Shown: positions 1-9,349 of the stretch, piece after piece
Layout: the number at the start of each line of letters is the position of its first letter
Position numbering within the stretch: the stretch's first letter is position 1
Notes under the pieces: generated by a model
Told to the model about the DNA's origin: nothing
Databases searched by the model: none
What the model saw: the letters and a program-made list of their open reading frames with translations, nothing else
Translations under genes and position numbers: made by a program
Assembly (NCBI GenBank): GCA_034669905.1
Contig: JAXMOL010000062.1
Location: 1 to 42,638, forward strand
Source of the DNA: Candidatus Hydrogenedentota bacterium
GTDB lineage: Bacteria > Hydrogenedentota > Hydrogenedentia > Hydrogenedentales > JAEUWI01
Length of the DNA stretch: 42,638 nt
Reading direction: 5' to 3'

Positions 1-292
1 GGCCTGTTTCACCATCTGTACCCGCAGGGCCCATCGGACCTTCGGGACCGGGATCGCCTTGGGGACCAGCCGGACCGGTCTCGCCCGCAGGACCTACCGG
101 ACCAACGGGACCTTCAGGACCCGGATCACCCTGGGGACCGGCAGGACCGGTTTCACCCGCTGGGCCTGTTTCACCATCTGTACCCGCAGGGCCCATCGGA
201 CCTTCGGGACCGGGATCGCCTTGGGGACCCGCAGGACCCGTCTCGCCCGCTGGGCCTACGGGACCAACAGGGCCTTCCGGACCAGGCTCACC
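1..292 (-). repeat. Collagen-coding repeat with a 162-bp higher-order unit
   Basis: GGCCTGTTTCACCATCTGTACCCGCAGGGCCCATCGGACC... occurs at 1 and again at 163 (offset 162 nt = 18 Gly-X-Y triplets). Confidence 0.9.
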
Positions 293-868
293 TTCAAAAA
301 AAACCTCGACCTCCATTGCGCGGCCGGTCGAGGCGTTTTCTTTACTGTCAATAACGACTTTCACATCGTCGGTCAGACTGGGCAAGACCGCCAACCCATT
401 ATTGGGGGCCGTCCCATCCAACCACGCCTGCACGATAGCCGTGATATCCACCAGAATCGTCGTTTTCGTGTCCTGGGGCGTCACAGCGACGGTGTCAAAG
501 GCCGGCGCAATCGTGGGATTCGGCGCACCGAACAGGGTGTCTTCAGACCAAGCATCTTCCATCACGTGGAAGTCAAGACTACCCGCATCCAACACCGTGT
601 TGAGCCATACCCGCAGGGTCGCCCGCTCCACCGTCGCGCCCGCCGGCACGGTCGACAAATCGAATTTGACGAAGGTCCAGCGCTCCGAACTCCCAGGCGT
701 GCTGTTGACGGAAAGGTATTCGACTCCCCCGCCTGAAACAAACGGCTTGTTAAAATCGATGTGCGTGTCGTCCGTGGCGTGCAAGGTATCGGCTACCGCC
801 CCAAAAGGACACAGCGCGACGCCAGTCAGCATCGCGAGTGAAAACGTCAGCGTACGTTTGGTAAACAT
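1..868 (-). CDS. Secreted DNRLRE-like domain + collagen-like (Gly-X-Y) repeat protein, 3' part runs off the window
   Basis: Not in the ORF track (no stop in window). Manual translation from ATG at 868 (GGAGA RBS upstream): signal peptide [26 protein letters not shown], then [23 protein letters not shown]...[21 protein letters not shown] (DNRLRE-type pattern), then 32 uninterrupted Gly-X-Y triplets ([27 protein letters not shown]...) from 292 to the window edge. Confidence 0.9.
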   Translation of the reverse strand, partial: MFTKRTLTFSLAMLTGVALCPFGAVADTLHATDDTHIDFNKPFVSGGGVEYLSVNSTPGSSERWTFVKFDLSTVPAGATVERATLRVWLNTVLDAGSLDFHVMEDAWSEDTLFGAPNPTIAPAFDTVAVTPQDTKTTILVDITAIVQAWLDGTAPNNGLAVLPSLTDDVKVVIDSKENASTGRAMEVEVFFEGEPGPEGPVGPVGPAGETGPAGPQGDPGPEGPMGPAGTDGETGPAGETGPAGPQGDPGPEGPVGPVGPAGETGPAGPQGDPGPEGPMGPAGTDGETG

Positions 869-932
869 TGCCCAATATCTCCATTAGCGGGTTGGTGTAC
901 AGGTGCAAAAATCGCGTGCGATATAGTTGGTG

Positions 933-1598
933 TTATCGATTGCTGTGACGTCGCCGGACGGCGAGGAGGGAACCCCCGAGTAGCATCAACATCATAGACG
1001 TCGGCTCTGGAATCGGTGCCGAAGCACCCTCGACGGAATAATCCGTCACCCCCACAAGGTGCAAGTCATAATGACCGGTGCGCGGATCGACGCCCACGGC
1101 CCCATTGAAATAGTCGTTCGTGCCCCATCCAAATACGTCGCGCGTATAATTCGGTTGGGCGTCCTGATTGAACCCCGCAGAAAGGTTCGTCGGCGAAGGG
1201 AAGTTCCCGGTTTGTACCAGGGTTAAAATATAATCCCCGGCCCCAAGAAATGTGTTCAAATAGGCATCGTACTCGCCATAGCTGTGGGATACCCCATTGG
1301 ACAGGGCACTGCCACCGAAAGAACTGTCATCATTGAAGAGGCCAAGCCAATTCCCCGCGGCATCCCACAGAAAAAAGGCCGTATCGAAGCCCATGCCATT
1401 GCCCACGGCCTGGTGAGACGACGTAAAAATCGTGACCAGCCGGTCCGAATCCAGGCTGAAATTCACCGTCAAGACATCGTTGTCCTGGATGAAATCCCCA
1501 CTCAAATCCACATCAATACTGACGGCCCCGGCAGGAGTAATCACCCCCATGAAAAGGCATACTACGGCAGCAGAAAGCCACCCGCGCGTGTTCTTCAT
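933..1598 (-). CDS. PEP-CTERM exosortase target protein (DVUA0089-like domain)
   Basis: Signal peptide (MKNTRGWLSAAVVCLFMGVITPAGA); GFDTAFFLWDAAG..NDD..DAYL...GDYIL pattern; C-terminal IPEPTS + hydrophobic helix + RRRH. Start at 1598 chosen over 1616. Confidence 0.88.
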   Translation of the reverse strand: MKNTRGWLSAAVVCLFMGVITPAGAVSIDVDLSGDFIQDNDVLTVNFSLDSDRLVTIFTSSHQAVGNGMGFDTAFFLWDAAGNWLGLFNDDSSFGGSALSNGVSHSYGEYDAYLNTFLGAGDYILTLVQTGNFPSPTNLSAGFNQDAQPNYTRDVFGWGTNDYFNGAVGVDPRTGHYDLHLVGVTDYSVEGASAPIPEPTSMMLMLLGGSLLAVRRRHSNR

Positions 1599-1699
1599 AC
1601 GTCCCACAATCTCCACTCGGTCGAAGGAGGCGCTTGACTCCGTGCCCGTTCACCCGCAGGTGCCCGACGCAGCCCGACACAAAACTCCCCAATACGCCA

Positions 1700-1752
1700 A
1701 TGATAGTACAAACTATAAAATTTCACAAGAGGGTTTGCCAGATTCGCGCCAA
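1700..1752 (-). promoter_or_regulatory. Candidate promoters of the PEP-CTERM/collagen genes (sigma70-like and sigma54-like)
   Basis: Minus strand TTGTGA-N17-TATCAT (1728..1700) and TTGGCGCGAATCTGGCA, a GG-N10-GC motif (1752..1736), in an AT-rich patch. Confidence 0.35.
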
Positions 1753-1870
1753 GCCAGACACATCGGGCGTAACGTATAGATTCCGTGTGCTTTAGCGCAC
1801 ATCACCAGACACCGCCACACCCGGTATTTTCTGGAAAAGCAGTCCTTTGTTGGTCAGCCCTGACTAGATT

Positions 1871-2578
1871 CTACCCCCCGTCATCAACCTTTTTCGTCAC
1901 TTCATGGGGCGCACGCTTGACCGCTCCCTGCGCCACCGCCCAGGCCTTAAAGGCCGCCGGTGCCTTCACAATGCGGTAGATATTCAAATCGGTTACGGCT
2001 GAAATCTCTTCCCACCCGACCACCTGATGAACGATCGCATTGCTGAGGTCCACCTCCTCTAACGTCCTGAAACCAAGATGACTCTGAGTCAGATCGGCCC
2101 CCAGAAAAACCAGCTTCTCACCTTGCGCCCCGTCAAATCGTGCGCCCTCAAGGCGGGCCCCGTCAAAACGACAATCCCGCAACGTGGCCCCCCGAAAATC
2201 GGCACCCGACAACGTGGCTCCCTGAAAATCGCAGCCAATGAGGGTCATTCCAGCAAAATTAACCTGCTCCAGTGACAGGCCTGCAAAGTCCCCATCCTGC
2301 AAGACGGGCTGCGGCTCGGCACCTTCGGAGCGCCACGCATTCCATTCGGCGACACCCTGTCGCAAACGCGCTTCCGGTGTTGGCGGAGGCGCGGACTCAG
2401 GCGTCGCTTCCGGTTGGGGCGCGGGTGCCTCCAGTGGGGTAGACGGGGGCGGAGGGGCCACAACAGCAACATCCGGGGATGCCGGTGCCTCAGGTTTGGG
2501 CGCCGGCGCCGGCGCGCACCCGCCAATCACCAACAACACGATCACCAAAATGTTCCGATGCCACGAACCCAGCTTCAT
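1871..2578 (-). CDS. Pentapeptide-repeat lipoprotein
   Basis: Lipobox VIGGC after a hydrophobic stretch, Pro/Ala/Glu-rich linker, then GVAEWNAWR and A(D/N)[LF]xx repeats (ATLSGADFRGATLRDCRFDGARLEGARF). Start uncertain (2578/2590/2626). Confidence 0.82.
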   Translation of the reverse strand: MKLGSWHRNILVIVLLVIGGCAPAPAPKPEAPASPDVAVVAPPPPSTPLEAPAPQPEATPESAPPPTPEARLRQGVAEWNAWRSEGAEPQPVLQDGDFAGLSLEQVNFAGMTLIGCDFQGATLSGADFRGATLRDCRFDGARLEGARFDGAQGEKLVFLGADLTQSHLGFRTLEEVDLSNAIVHQVVGWEEISAVTDLNIYRIVKAPAAFKAWAVAQGAVKRAPHEVTKKVDDGG

Positions 2579-2632
2579 GTTCCAATCCATGCTCCCATCC
2601 GGCGAGGCCCGGCGACGGCGGTTCAAGCCACC

Positions 2633-3562
2633 TTACGAAGCCCCGACGTGTTCTTCTTCAATTCCGTCCCATTGGGCCTCTTCCTCGGCCAGGATCCCCA
2701 CCGCGCGACTCAGCGATCCCATGATAGCGAACAGGAGTCCCGTCACCGCGATCAACGCTCCCAGGACTATCAACAACACCCCCGGCATCAGGCCAACGCC
2801 CCCCCAACAAAACAGGATCCCCAGAAAACAAAGGAGTACCCCCACCCCGAGCCCGATGCGAAAGCGGTCCACCGAAATCCAGGCAAAGCGTTCGGCCCGG
2901 GCACCAAACCAGAGACGGCCCGCGTCCCGCACGCCTTCATAAAAGCGCGAAAAGCCGTACTTCGACTTTCCAAAACGGCGGGGATGATGCTCCACGGGAA
3001 TCTCACCCACACGATAGCCTCCCTGGGCGGCCATCACGGGAAGCAAGCGGTGGAAATCCGCATACAAGGTCAGCGAACGGGCTACCTCGCCCCGCATGGC
3101 CTTGAAACCCGTGTTCACATCGTGGATATCGATGCCAAACAGGCGGGTGATCAGTCCGTTATAGACTTTGGAGGGCAAGGTCTTGTGGAGGGGATCGTGG
3201 CGCTTTTCTTTCCAGCCACACACGAGATCCAGCCCCTCATCCAACGCCGCCAGCAAACGGGGCAGCTCCTTGGGATCATCCTGGAGATCGGCATCCATCG
3301 TCACGACCACGTCGGCATCAATCCGGGAAAACGCCACATGAAGGGCCCGGGTCTTGCCGCTGTTCTCGGCAAACTTGACCACATCAATCCGGTCGTTGGA
3401 CTGGCGCAACGATAGGAGGGTCCGATAGGAGGTGTCCGTGCTGCCATCGTCCACGAACAAGATGCGGTAATCCTGCTCAGAAAGTTGGGCGACAATGCCT
3501 TCGGTAAGGGTTTCCAGCGTATGCTGCTCATTACAAACGGGTATAACTACAACTATTTTCAT
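2633..3562 (-). CDS. Glycosyltransferase family 2 (ArnC/DPM-synthase-like) with C-terminal TM helices
   Basis: VVIPVCNE, VDDGSTD, MDADLQDDP, DVNTGFK, HHPRRFGKSKY motifs; start at MKIVVVIP. Confidence 0.92.
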   Translation of the reverse strand: MKIVVVIPVCNEQHTLETLTEGIVAQLSEQDYRILFVDDGSTDTSYRTLLSLRQSNDRIDVVKFAENSGKTRALHVAFSRIDADVVVTMDADLQDDPKELPRLLAALDEGLDLVCGWKEKRHDPLHKTLPSKVYNGLITRLFGIDIHDVNTGFKAMRGEVARSLTLYADFHRLLPVMAAQGGYRVGEIPVEHHPRRFGKSKYGFSRFYEGVRDAGRLWFGARAERFAWISVDRFRIGLGVGVLLCFLGILFCWGGVGLMPGVLLIVLGALIAVTGLLFAIMGSLSRAVGILAEEEAQWDGIEEEHVGAS

Positions 3563-3679
3563 ACGCGGATAGGGTCCGATTTTCCCAAAGGTAGTGCACG
3601 TCGTGCGCCCGAGTTGCTCCGTCTGAATCCCGTTCATCGCCACGCCCGCGGCCCCTGTCGGCGTGTGCCCACCCGTCCG

Positions 3680-3874
3680 TTATCGAATATCGGCGTCCAA
3701 CCACTTGATGACCGCCATCACGCCACGGGCCTGCTTCAACATGGTCGCTTTCAGACCCTGTTCCCGCAATTTCGCCTTGGCATCATGACGATCTTTGGCT
3801 ATCACCACGCCACCGACGAAAGACTTTTCTTCATCACCTTCCGCCCGAATGGCATGATATTCAAACGTGGGCAT
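3680..3874 (-). CDS. 64-aa protein resembling the N-terminal domain of PilC/GspF
   Basis: GGAGG RBS before MPTFEYHAIRAEGDEEKSFVGGVVIAKDRHDAKAKLREQGL, which matches the MPxFxYxA...G...A...A...LRxxGL start of T2SS F proteins. Confidence 0.6.
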   Translation of the reverse strand: MPTFEYHAIRAEGDEEKSFVGGVVIAKDRHDAKAKLREQGLKATMLKQARGVMAVIKWLDADIR

Positions 3875-4058
3875 GCGATTCCCTCCAGACAAAGTACGAT
3901 CGCATTGTACCATCTTTGCCAAGGCATGCCAATCTTCTCTAAACGCACCCATTTACGCCCACATCGTCATTGGATTTCGCATAAATAACGATAAGGCCCG
4001 AAGCATTGATTGCCACCTTTGAGTCCTAACTGATGCCCCATTACTTTCGTGATACATT

Positions 4059-7000
4059 CTATTCTGTGTCTCCGCCGCGCGGCGACGGGAAGGCCATATC
4101 CCTCGTGAGCCTGTCGCCCGAATGAAGGTCGACCGTCACCTCTACGGGAGCTTCATAGTATGGCCCTGGATACCAAAGGGTAAGACGGCCCGCAGGCAGG
4201 TTGGAAATGGCATAGTTCCAGTTTTCGTCCAGCGCGATCGCCAGGGAGAGGATTTGGCCTTCCGACTCCAGCTCGCCCATAACCAAGCCACCCAAAGGTA
4301 GCCCGCTCTCATCCAGCACATGACCCGAAACGGTCGCGTCGCCTTCCGTGAATTCAATATCGACCTGGGCCCCGGTCTCTGGCTGGATATCCACGGTGAG
4401 CGTCTGGCTCCAGCGTTCCCGTCGATTCTCGTCCTTATATATCGAGGCGCGAAGGTTTACTTCCCCTGGAAGGAGTTCTTCCATCCGGTAGCGCCCCTGG
4501 CCATCTACAACCGTCGATTCAGAAACGGTGTCCGATGTCATGGGATCGAGCGAAATCATGGCCCGTAGTGGGTTCGGTGCCTGTCCGTTGAGCAGCACCG
4601 TTCCGGAAAGCGTAGCGCCTTTGACCAGCGTAATATCCAAGGGCGTCGAGCCCGCGCCGGGTTGGGGCAGCCGCACAACACCGATGGCGTATTCCGGATG
4701 GACGACGGAGAGACTGATTACCTGTTCCGGAATGCCCTCCAGAGAAAACACCCCGTCCTGTCCGGTGACCGAGGCAGGCTGACTGTCGGTGGCGCGAGAG
4801 CGGTTATCGATGTTGCCATGGAATAGTTGCGCCCCATGTATGGGCACGCCCGCCCCATCATGGACGATACCCCGGGCAGACTGACCGGGGGAAAGGCGTA
4901 TGACCACATCGTGAATCGTCTGCCCTGGAGTAATTGCATCCACCGTAACGAACCCCGGTGCCAACCCATCGGCCAATGCGATGATGGTGGATGTGCCGGC
5001 CTCCACCTTCGTCAGGTCGAAGCGGCCATCCTCCGTGCGGAAGGGGAGCGTCTGCCCCGCGAGTTGGCGGACGGCATCGGTATACAAGGCACGGTATTCA
5101 GACTGCCGTGTCGCCAATTCAAACACCTCAATCGCTTTGCCCGTATCCGCACGAACAACCCGGCCCGTGATACGGCCCAAACCCGCCAGCACAACCTCCA
5201 GGTCGTCCCGTCCGCTTATCACGTCTTCCAGGTTGGTGGGGCTAAAGTCTTCGTGGCTTATGTGGAGACGGTACGAACCTTCCTCCAGGCGTTCCAGCCG
5301 AAATCGCCCGTCCCTTCCTGTACTCCATTGCCCCACGGTGGGACCGAAAAGGGCGACCATGGCGCCTTTGACGGGCCGTCCCTGACTATCCACCACCCGG
5401 CCTACCAGAGCAGATTCCCCGGGATTACTTTCCAGCCGCAGCCCGTCCAACAATTCACCGGCGGCCAACGCGATTTCCAGGCCACCTTCGCCCTCTCTCC
5501 ACATGTCGACACCCGGGAGCACAACTTCCATCGTATAGCCCCCCTCCGCCAATCGGTCTATCCGGAATGCCCCCTGTCCGTTCGTCGTGGCCGAGCCACC
5601 CAGATTCCTAACCGACGCCGGCGGATTTGCGCGAACGCTTGCCTTCGCGATTCCACGTCCATCCTTGCCAACGACCACGCCTGCGATGGCGGCCGAACGG
5701 GATTTGTCCAAGACGAGCGTCACCCCTTGCGGTGTTCCCGGTGAAAGGGTCAGGGGTCCCGCCACCGCACTCTGTCGCCGCGCGGTTCGCGCAACCAGAT
5801 AGAACTCCTTCATCGCAGGCAGCCCCCGCATCTCAAAACGGCCGTCGGGGCCGTCCGCATCCACCTCGACCGCGCCCGACGCGGGCAGGAAATTGGTCCA
5901 AACGCGGGCACCTGGTACGGGAGCACCATGCTCATCGACGACGACGCCCGAGACGACCGAGGCGTGGTGGTGAATCAAGTCGACGCCATTGACCTGTTCC
6001 TGGGACGCGATAACCACGGATTGACGCGTCTGATTCTGCTGTTCGAGCTGGAGCAGGTGTTCCCCCTCGGGCAGGCCGGTGAACTGATACCGCCCTTCGG
6101 TATCGGTCGTTTTTGTGGACCACACGGGGCGTGGTGCCGACGTCCGGTTCACGAGGATGGTTACATTCACCCCGTCCACCCCCACCTTCGTGGCGGGATC
6201 GAGCACGTGTCCCGAGATTCCACCGCCCCGCATTACCACGAAGTCCGGCGCAATCGTTTCTCCATCCCGCGGCACCTCCACGGATACCCGATTCGGACCG
6301 CCAGTCGGGTTCACAAAGTTCTCTTCAAAAAACGTGGCGAGGGCCAACCGGTAGGTGCCGGGTGCCACATGATTGGCCTCAAAGAAACCATCTGCGCCGG
6401 TGCTCAAGTTTCTCGTGGTCCAGGGAGAGAAGGACGTCCCCCGCAACCCCGTAGACGCGGTCAGTTGCACCTGCACATTGGCCAGGCGCTCCCCGGTATC
6501 TGCGTCGAGCACCGGCCCGCGCACCGTGGCGCCAGCCTCCAACACAATCGCGACTTCTTCCTGCTCCGTCGTAATCATGGGCGTGCGCCGGGGCGCGAAT
6601 TCCTCCGCCACGACGACCAGCTCCCACGGGGCTACCGAAAGTCCCCGCAGCGAGAATTGACCCCGCGCGTCGGTCATGACTTGCAGGCCAATGGCCTGAA
6701 AAACTCGATCCCTTTCATCCGTATCCGTTCGGACGGGATATACGCGGGCATTCGCCACCGGGCGGCCTTGTGGGTCCGTCACCGTCCCCAAGAGCCTGCG
6801 CGCGGGCTCGAGCTGCAGGGATATCTCTTCGGTGCTGTCATTAACAAAATGATGCGTGTCGATCACCGCCGCAAGGTCCTCGGAGAAGGCCATGAGCACA
6901 TAGCTTGCCGCGATTTTCTCTTCCGGCGCGGGCAGCGAGTCAAAACGGAAGGAACCATCGGGACCGGTATGCTGAACGCGCCGGGCCTCGGACTCGCTTG

Positions 7001-8027
7001 GATACCGCCAGAAATGATTCTTTATACCGTCTATCACGACCCGTGCATCTGAGACAGGCGCGCCGTCGGGCCCTGTTACCATTCCGACTAGTGCACCGCT
7101 ACCCGGATGGCGGGGCTTGGAAATTCGTCCAGACCTATCTTCAGCCATAGACTCCAAATACTCGGGAGTGTCCTCCTCGTCCGTCGGCACCGCCGCCGCC
7201 GTCTCGCCTGGCGTCGCTTCGCCCCTTTCCACGACGGACATCGCCAGCACCGATTCACCCAAAGGTGACTGGGGAGCCTGGGACGTTGTCATCATGACGG
7301 CGGCCATCAATCCACCCGTCACGACCATGGCTCCGCCCGCGACTTTGACGGAAAGCCCCCCAATCGTCGTCGCCCCCGTTGCCTGCGCCGCCGCCACCGC
7401 TTTTGCGTCCCAGGCGACGGGAGCGGTGGCGATGGCCCCCATAACCCGCTTGCGCACATCCCGCGGATTGCTGTCATCCGCCGCCATGCCGAGAGAATTC
7501 AGGACTTCCACCGCGAGGGTCTGGCGGGCACGCTGCAATCGTTTCGCGCAGGCGGCGGTGGAGATGTCGTAGAGGGCCGCCAGCTCCCGGGTGCGCTTCC
7601 CTTCGAAGTAGTGCAAGACCAGCAATTCACGTTGGGCCTCGTCCAACTGCTCCAGATGACGCCACAAGATGCGCCGGGCCTCCCGCGCTTCCACGTCGGG
7701 CGCCTGGGGAAGGGGCTCGTCTGCCGATTGGGCATAGGCATCCTGGACGCCCCGCCGCTTCAGGAAGTCGCGGGCGCTGTTGCGCACGATGCTGACTATC
7801 CAGGCGCTGAAGCGCTGGGGCTCCTTCAGCCCGTCCAGTGAGCGAAATGCCTTCAGAAAGGCGTCCTGGACGAGATCCTCCGCATCCGCCGGATTGCCCA
7901 CGTGGGACAAAGCCACATGATAGACGAGGGACTGGTAGCGGGTTACCAGCGCATCGAAAGATTCACGGTGCCCCGCGAGCACCTTTCGCACGGCCCGCGC
8001 ATCTGATCGTCGTTTCAGGTCAAGCAT
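4059..8027 (-). CDS. ECF sigma-70 factor fused to a TM helix and tandem carboxypeptidase-regulatory-like (beta-sandwich) domains
   Basis: Region 2 (DAEDLVQDAFLKAF..FSAWI...RN) and region 4 (QRELLVLHYFEGKRTRELA...KRLQRAR); hydrophobic segment near aa 230-250; many GxVxDxxGxPVxxAxV...T..DG.F repeats. AGGAG RBS before ATG 8027. Confidence 0.92.
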   Translation of the reverse strand: MLDLKRRSDARAVRKVLAGHRESFDALVTRYQSLVYHVALSHVGNPADAEDLVQDAFLKAFRSLDGLKEPQRFSAWIVSIVRNSARDFLKRRGVQDAYAQSADEPLPQAPDVEAREARRILWRHLEQLDEAQRELLVLHYFEGKRTRELAALYDISTAACAKRLQRARQTLAVEVLNSLGMAADDSNPRDVRKRVMGAIATAPVAWDAKAVAAAQATGATTIGGLSVKVAGGAMVVTGGLMAAVMMTTSQAPQSPLGESVLAMSVVERGEATPGETAAAVPTDEEDTPEYLESMAEDRSGRISKPRHPGSGALVGMVTGPDGAPVSDARVVIDGIKNHFWRYPSESEARRVQHTGPDGSFRFDSLPAPEEKIAASYVLMAFSEDLAAVIDTHHFVNDSTEEISLQLEPARRLLGTVTDPQGRPVANARVYPVRTDTDERDRVFQAIGLQVMTDARGQFSLRGLSVAPWELVVVAEEFAPRRTPMITTEQEEVAIVLEAGATVRGPVLDADTGERLANVQVQLTASTGLRGTSFSPWTTRNLSTGADGFFEANHVAPGTYRLALATFFEENFVNPTGGPNRVSVEVPRDGETIAPDFVVMRGGGISGHVLDPATKVGVDGVNVTILVNRTSAPRPVWSTKTTDTEGRYQFTGLPEGEHLLQLEQQNQTRQSVVIASQEQVNGVDLIHHHASVVSGVVVDEHGAPVPGARVWTNFLPASGAVEVDADGPDGRFEMRGLPAMKEFYLVARTARRQSAVAGPLTLSPGTPQGVTLVLDKSRSAAIAGVVVGKDGRGIAKASVRANPPASVRNLGGSATTNGQGAFRIDRLAEGGYTMEVVLPGVDMWREGEGGLEIALAAGELLDGLRLESNPGESALVGRVVDSQGRPVKGAMVALFGPTVGQWSTGRDGRFRLERLEEGSYRLHISHEDFSPTNLEDVISGRDDLEVVLAGLGRITGRVVRADTGKAIEVFELATRQSEYRALYTDAVRQLAGQTLPFRTEDGRFDLTKVEAGTSTIIALADGLAPGFVTVDAITPGQTIHDVVIRLSPGQSARGIVHDGAGVPIHGAQLFHGNIDNRSRATDSQPASVTGQDGVFSLEGIPEQVISLSVVHPEYAIGVVRLPQPGAGSTPLDITLVKGATLSGTVLLNGQAPNPLRAMISLDPMTSDTVSESTVVDGQGRYRMEELLPGEVNLRASIYKDENRRERWSQTLTVDIQPETGAQVDIEFTEGDATVSGHVLDESGLPLGGLVMGELESEGQILSLAIALDENWNYAISNLPAGRLTLWYPGPYYEAPVEVTVDLHSGDRLTRDMAFPSPRGGDTE

Positions 8028-8170
8028 AGTCCAACTCCTGTACAACCGTTAGTGTGTCTTGAAATGTTTCTGATCTCAAGACGGACGACGACAGAAAAGT
8101 GGACATCGTGGCAGGCAGGGCATCACCACCTTGATTTCACCCTTTCCACCTCCGGCGCACGCTACGCGCA

Positions 8171-8267
8171 CTTCACTTTTCAAACTTCACTTTTCAAACT
8201 TCACTTTTCAAACTTCACCCTTCAAACTTCACCCTTCAAACTTCACCCTTCAAACTTCACCCTTCAA
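8171..8267. repeat. Tandem repeat, 7 x 14 bp (CTTCAC[TT/CC]TTCAAA)
   Basis: Three CTTCACTTTTCAAA units followed by four CTTCACCCTTCAAA units (last incomplete); overlaps the nrdB TGA stop. Confidence 0.95.
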
Positions 8268-9349
8268 TCCCAGCTCAGGGTCGTGCCGCTCTGGTATTCC
8301 GTAACCCGGGTCTCAAAGAAGTTTTTCTCCTTGGCCAGGTCCACCGTCTCGCTCATCCAGGGGAAGGGGTTCGTCGATCCGTATTGGGTCGGCAGCCCGA
8401 TGCGCTCCAGGCGGCGGTCAGCGATGTGCTCCACATAGCTCCGGAAGGATTCCCGGTTGAGCCCCAGGATGCCGTTGGGAAGGCAGTCATTGGCGTAGTC
8501 AATTTCCAGTTCCACCGCTTCCTTCACCCGCGTGATGATCATGGCCTGAAAGTCGGCCGTCCACACGTCGGGGTTTTCCGCCTTGATGCCGTTAATGAGA
8601 TCGATGCCAAAATTCAGATGGATGGATTCATCGCGGAGGATGTACTGAAACTGCTCGCCAATACCCGTCATGATGTTACGGCGGTGAAAGCTCAGCACCA
8701 TGACAAACCCGGTATAAAAGAAGATGCCTTCCATGATGAGATAGTAGCCGATGAGATTCTTCAGGAAGGTCTGCACTCCCTCTGGCGTGCGGGTGTCAAA
8801 GTCGCCGGAAAGTATCTCCGCCGTCAGCTCCATCTCGAGCCGATCCTTCGCGGCAATGGCCGGCACCTCGTGGTACATGTTGAAGACTTCGCCCTCATCA
8901 AGCCCCAGACTCTCCACGATGTAGAGGAAGGTATGGGAGTGAACCGCCTCCTCAAAAGCCTGGCGCAGGAGATACTGGCGGCACTCGGCGTTGGTTACGT
9001 GGCGGAAAATCGCCAGCACCAGGTTGTTGCCCACCAGACTCTCCGCCGTGGCGAAAAAGCCGAGATTCCGCATAATGACACGCCGTTCGTCCTCCGTCAG
9101 CACGTCGGATCGCCACTGCTCGATGTCCTTGTGCATGGCCACTTCCGTGGGCATCCAATGATTGGCACAGCCATTAAGATAATGCTCCCACGCCCAGTGA
9201 TACTTCAGGGGCATGAGTTGATTCACATCCACCTCCTCGCAATTCACGAGGCGCTTGTCTTTGGCCGCAAAGCGGGTTGGGGCAGTGGACAGTTGGGCGT
9301 TGGCAGTGGACAGTGGATAGATATCAGTTGATAGTTTATCGGTGCTCAT
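8264..9349 (-). CDS. nrdB: Ribonucleotide reductase beta (R2) subunit with class Ic-type residues
   Basis: [60 protein letters not shown]. Confidence 0.97.
   Translation of the reverse strand: MSTDKLSTDIYPLSTANAQLSTAPTRFAAKDKRLVNCEEVDVNQLMPLKYHWAWEHYLNGCANHWMPTEVAMHKDIEQWRSDVLTEDERRVIMRNLGFFATAESLVGNNLVLAIFRHVTNAECRQYLLRQAFEEAVHSHTFLYIVESLGLDEGEVFNMYHEVPAIAAKDRLEMELTAEILSGDFDTRTPEGVQTFLKNLIGYYLIMEGIFFYTGFVMVLSFHRRNIMTGIGEQFQYILRDESIHLNFGIDLINGIKAENPDVWTADFQAMIITRVKEAVELEIDYANDCLPNGILGLNRESFRSYVEHIADRRLERIGLPTQYGSTNPFPWMSETVDLAKEKNFFETRVTEYQSGTTLSWD

Noticed and set aside
59..887. Plus-strand ORFs 59-736 and 402-887
   Set aside because: Antisense shadows of the collagen-like gene on the minus strand.
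3915..3935. sigma54 promoter upstream of the PilC-N-like ORF (TTGGCATGCCTTGGCA)
   Set aside because: GG-to-GC spacing is 9 rather than the required 10.
8171..8267. Possible CRISPR array
   Set aside because: Contiguous 14-bp units with no spacers and no cas genes.
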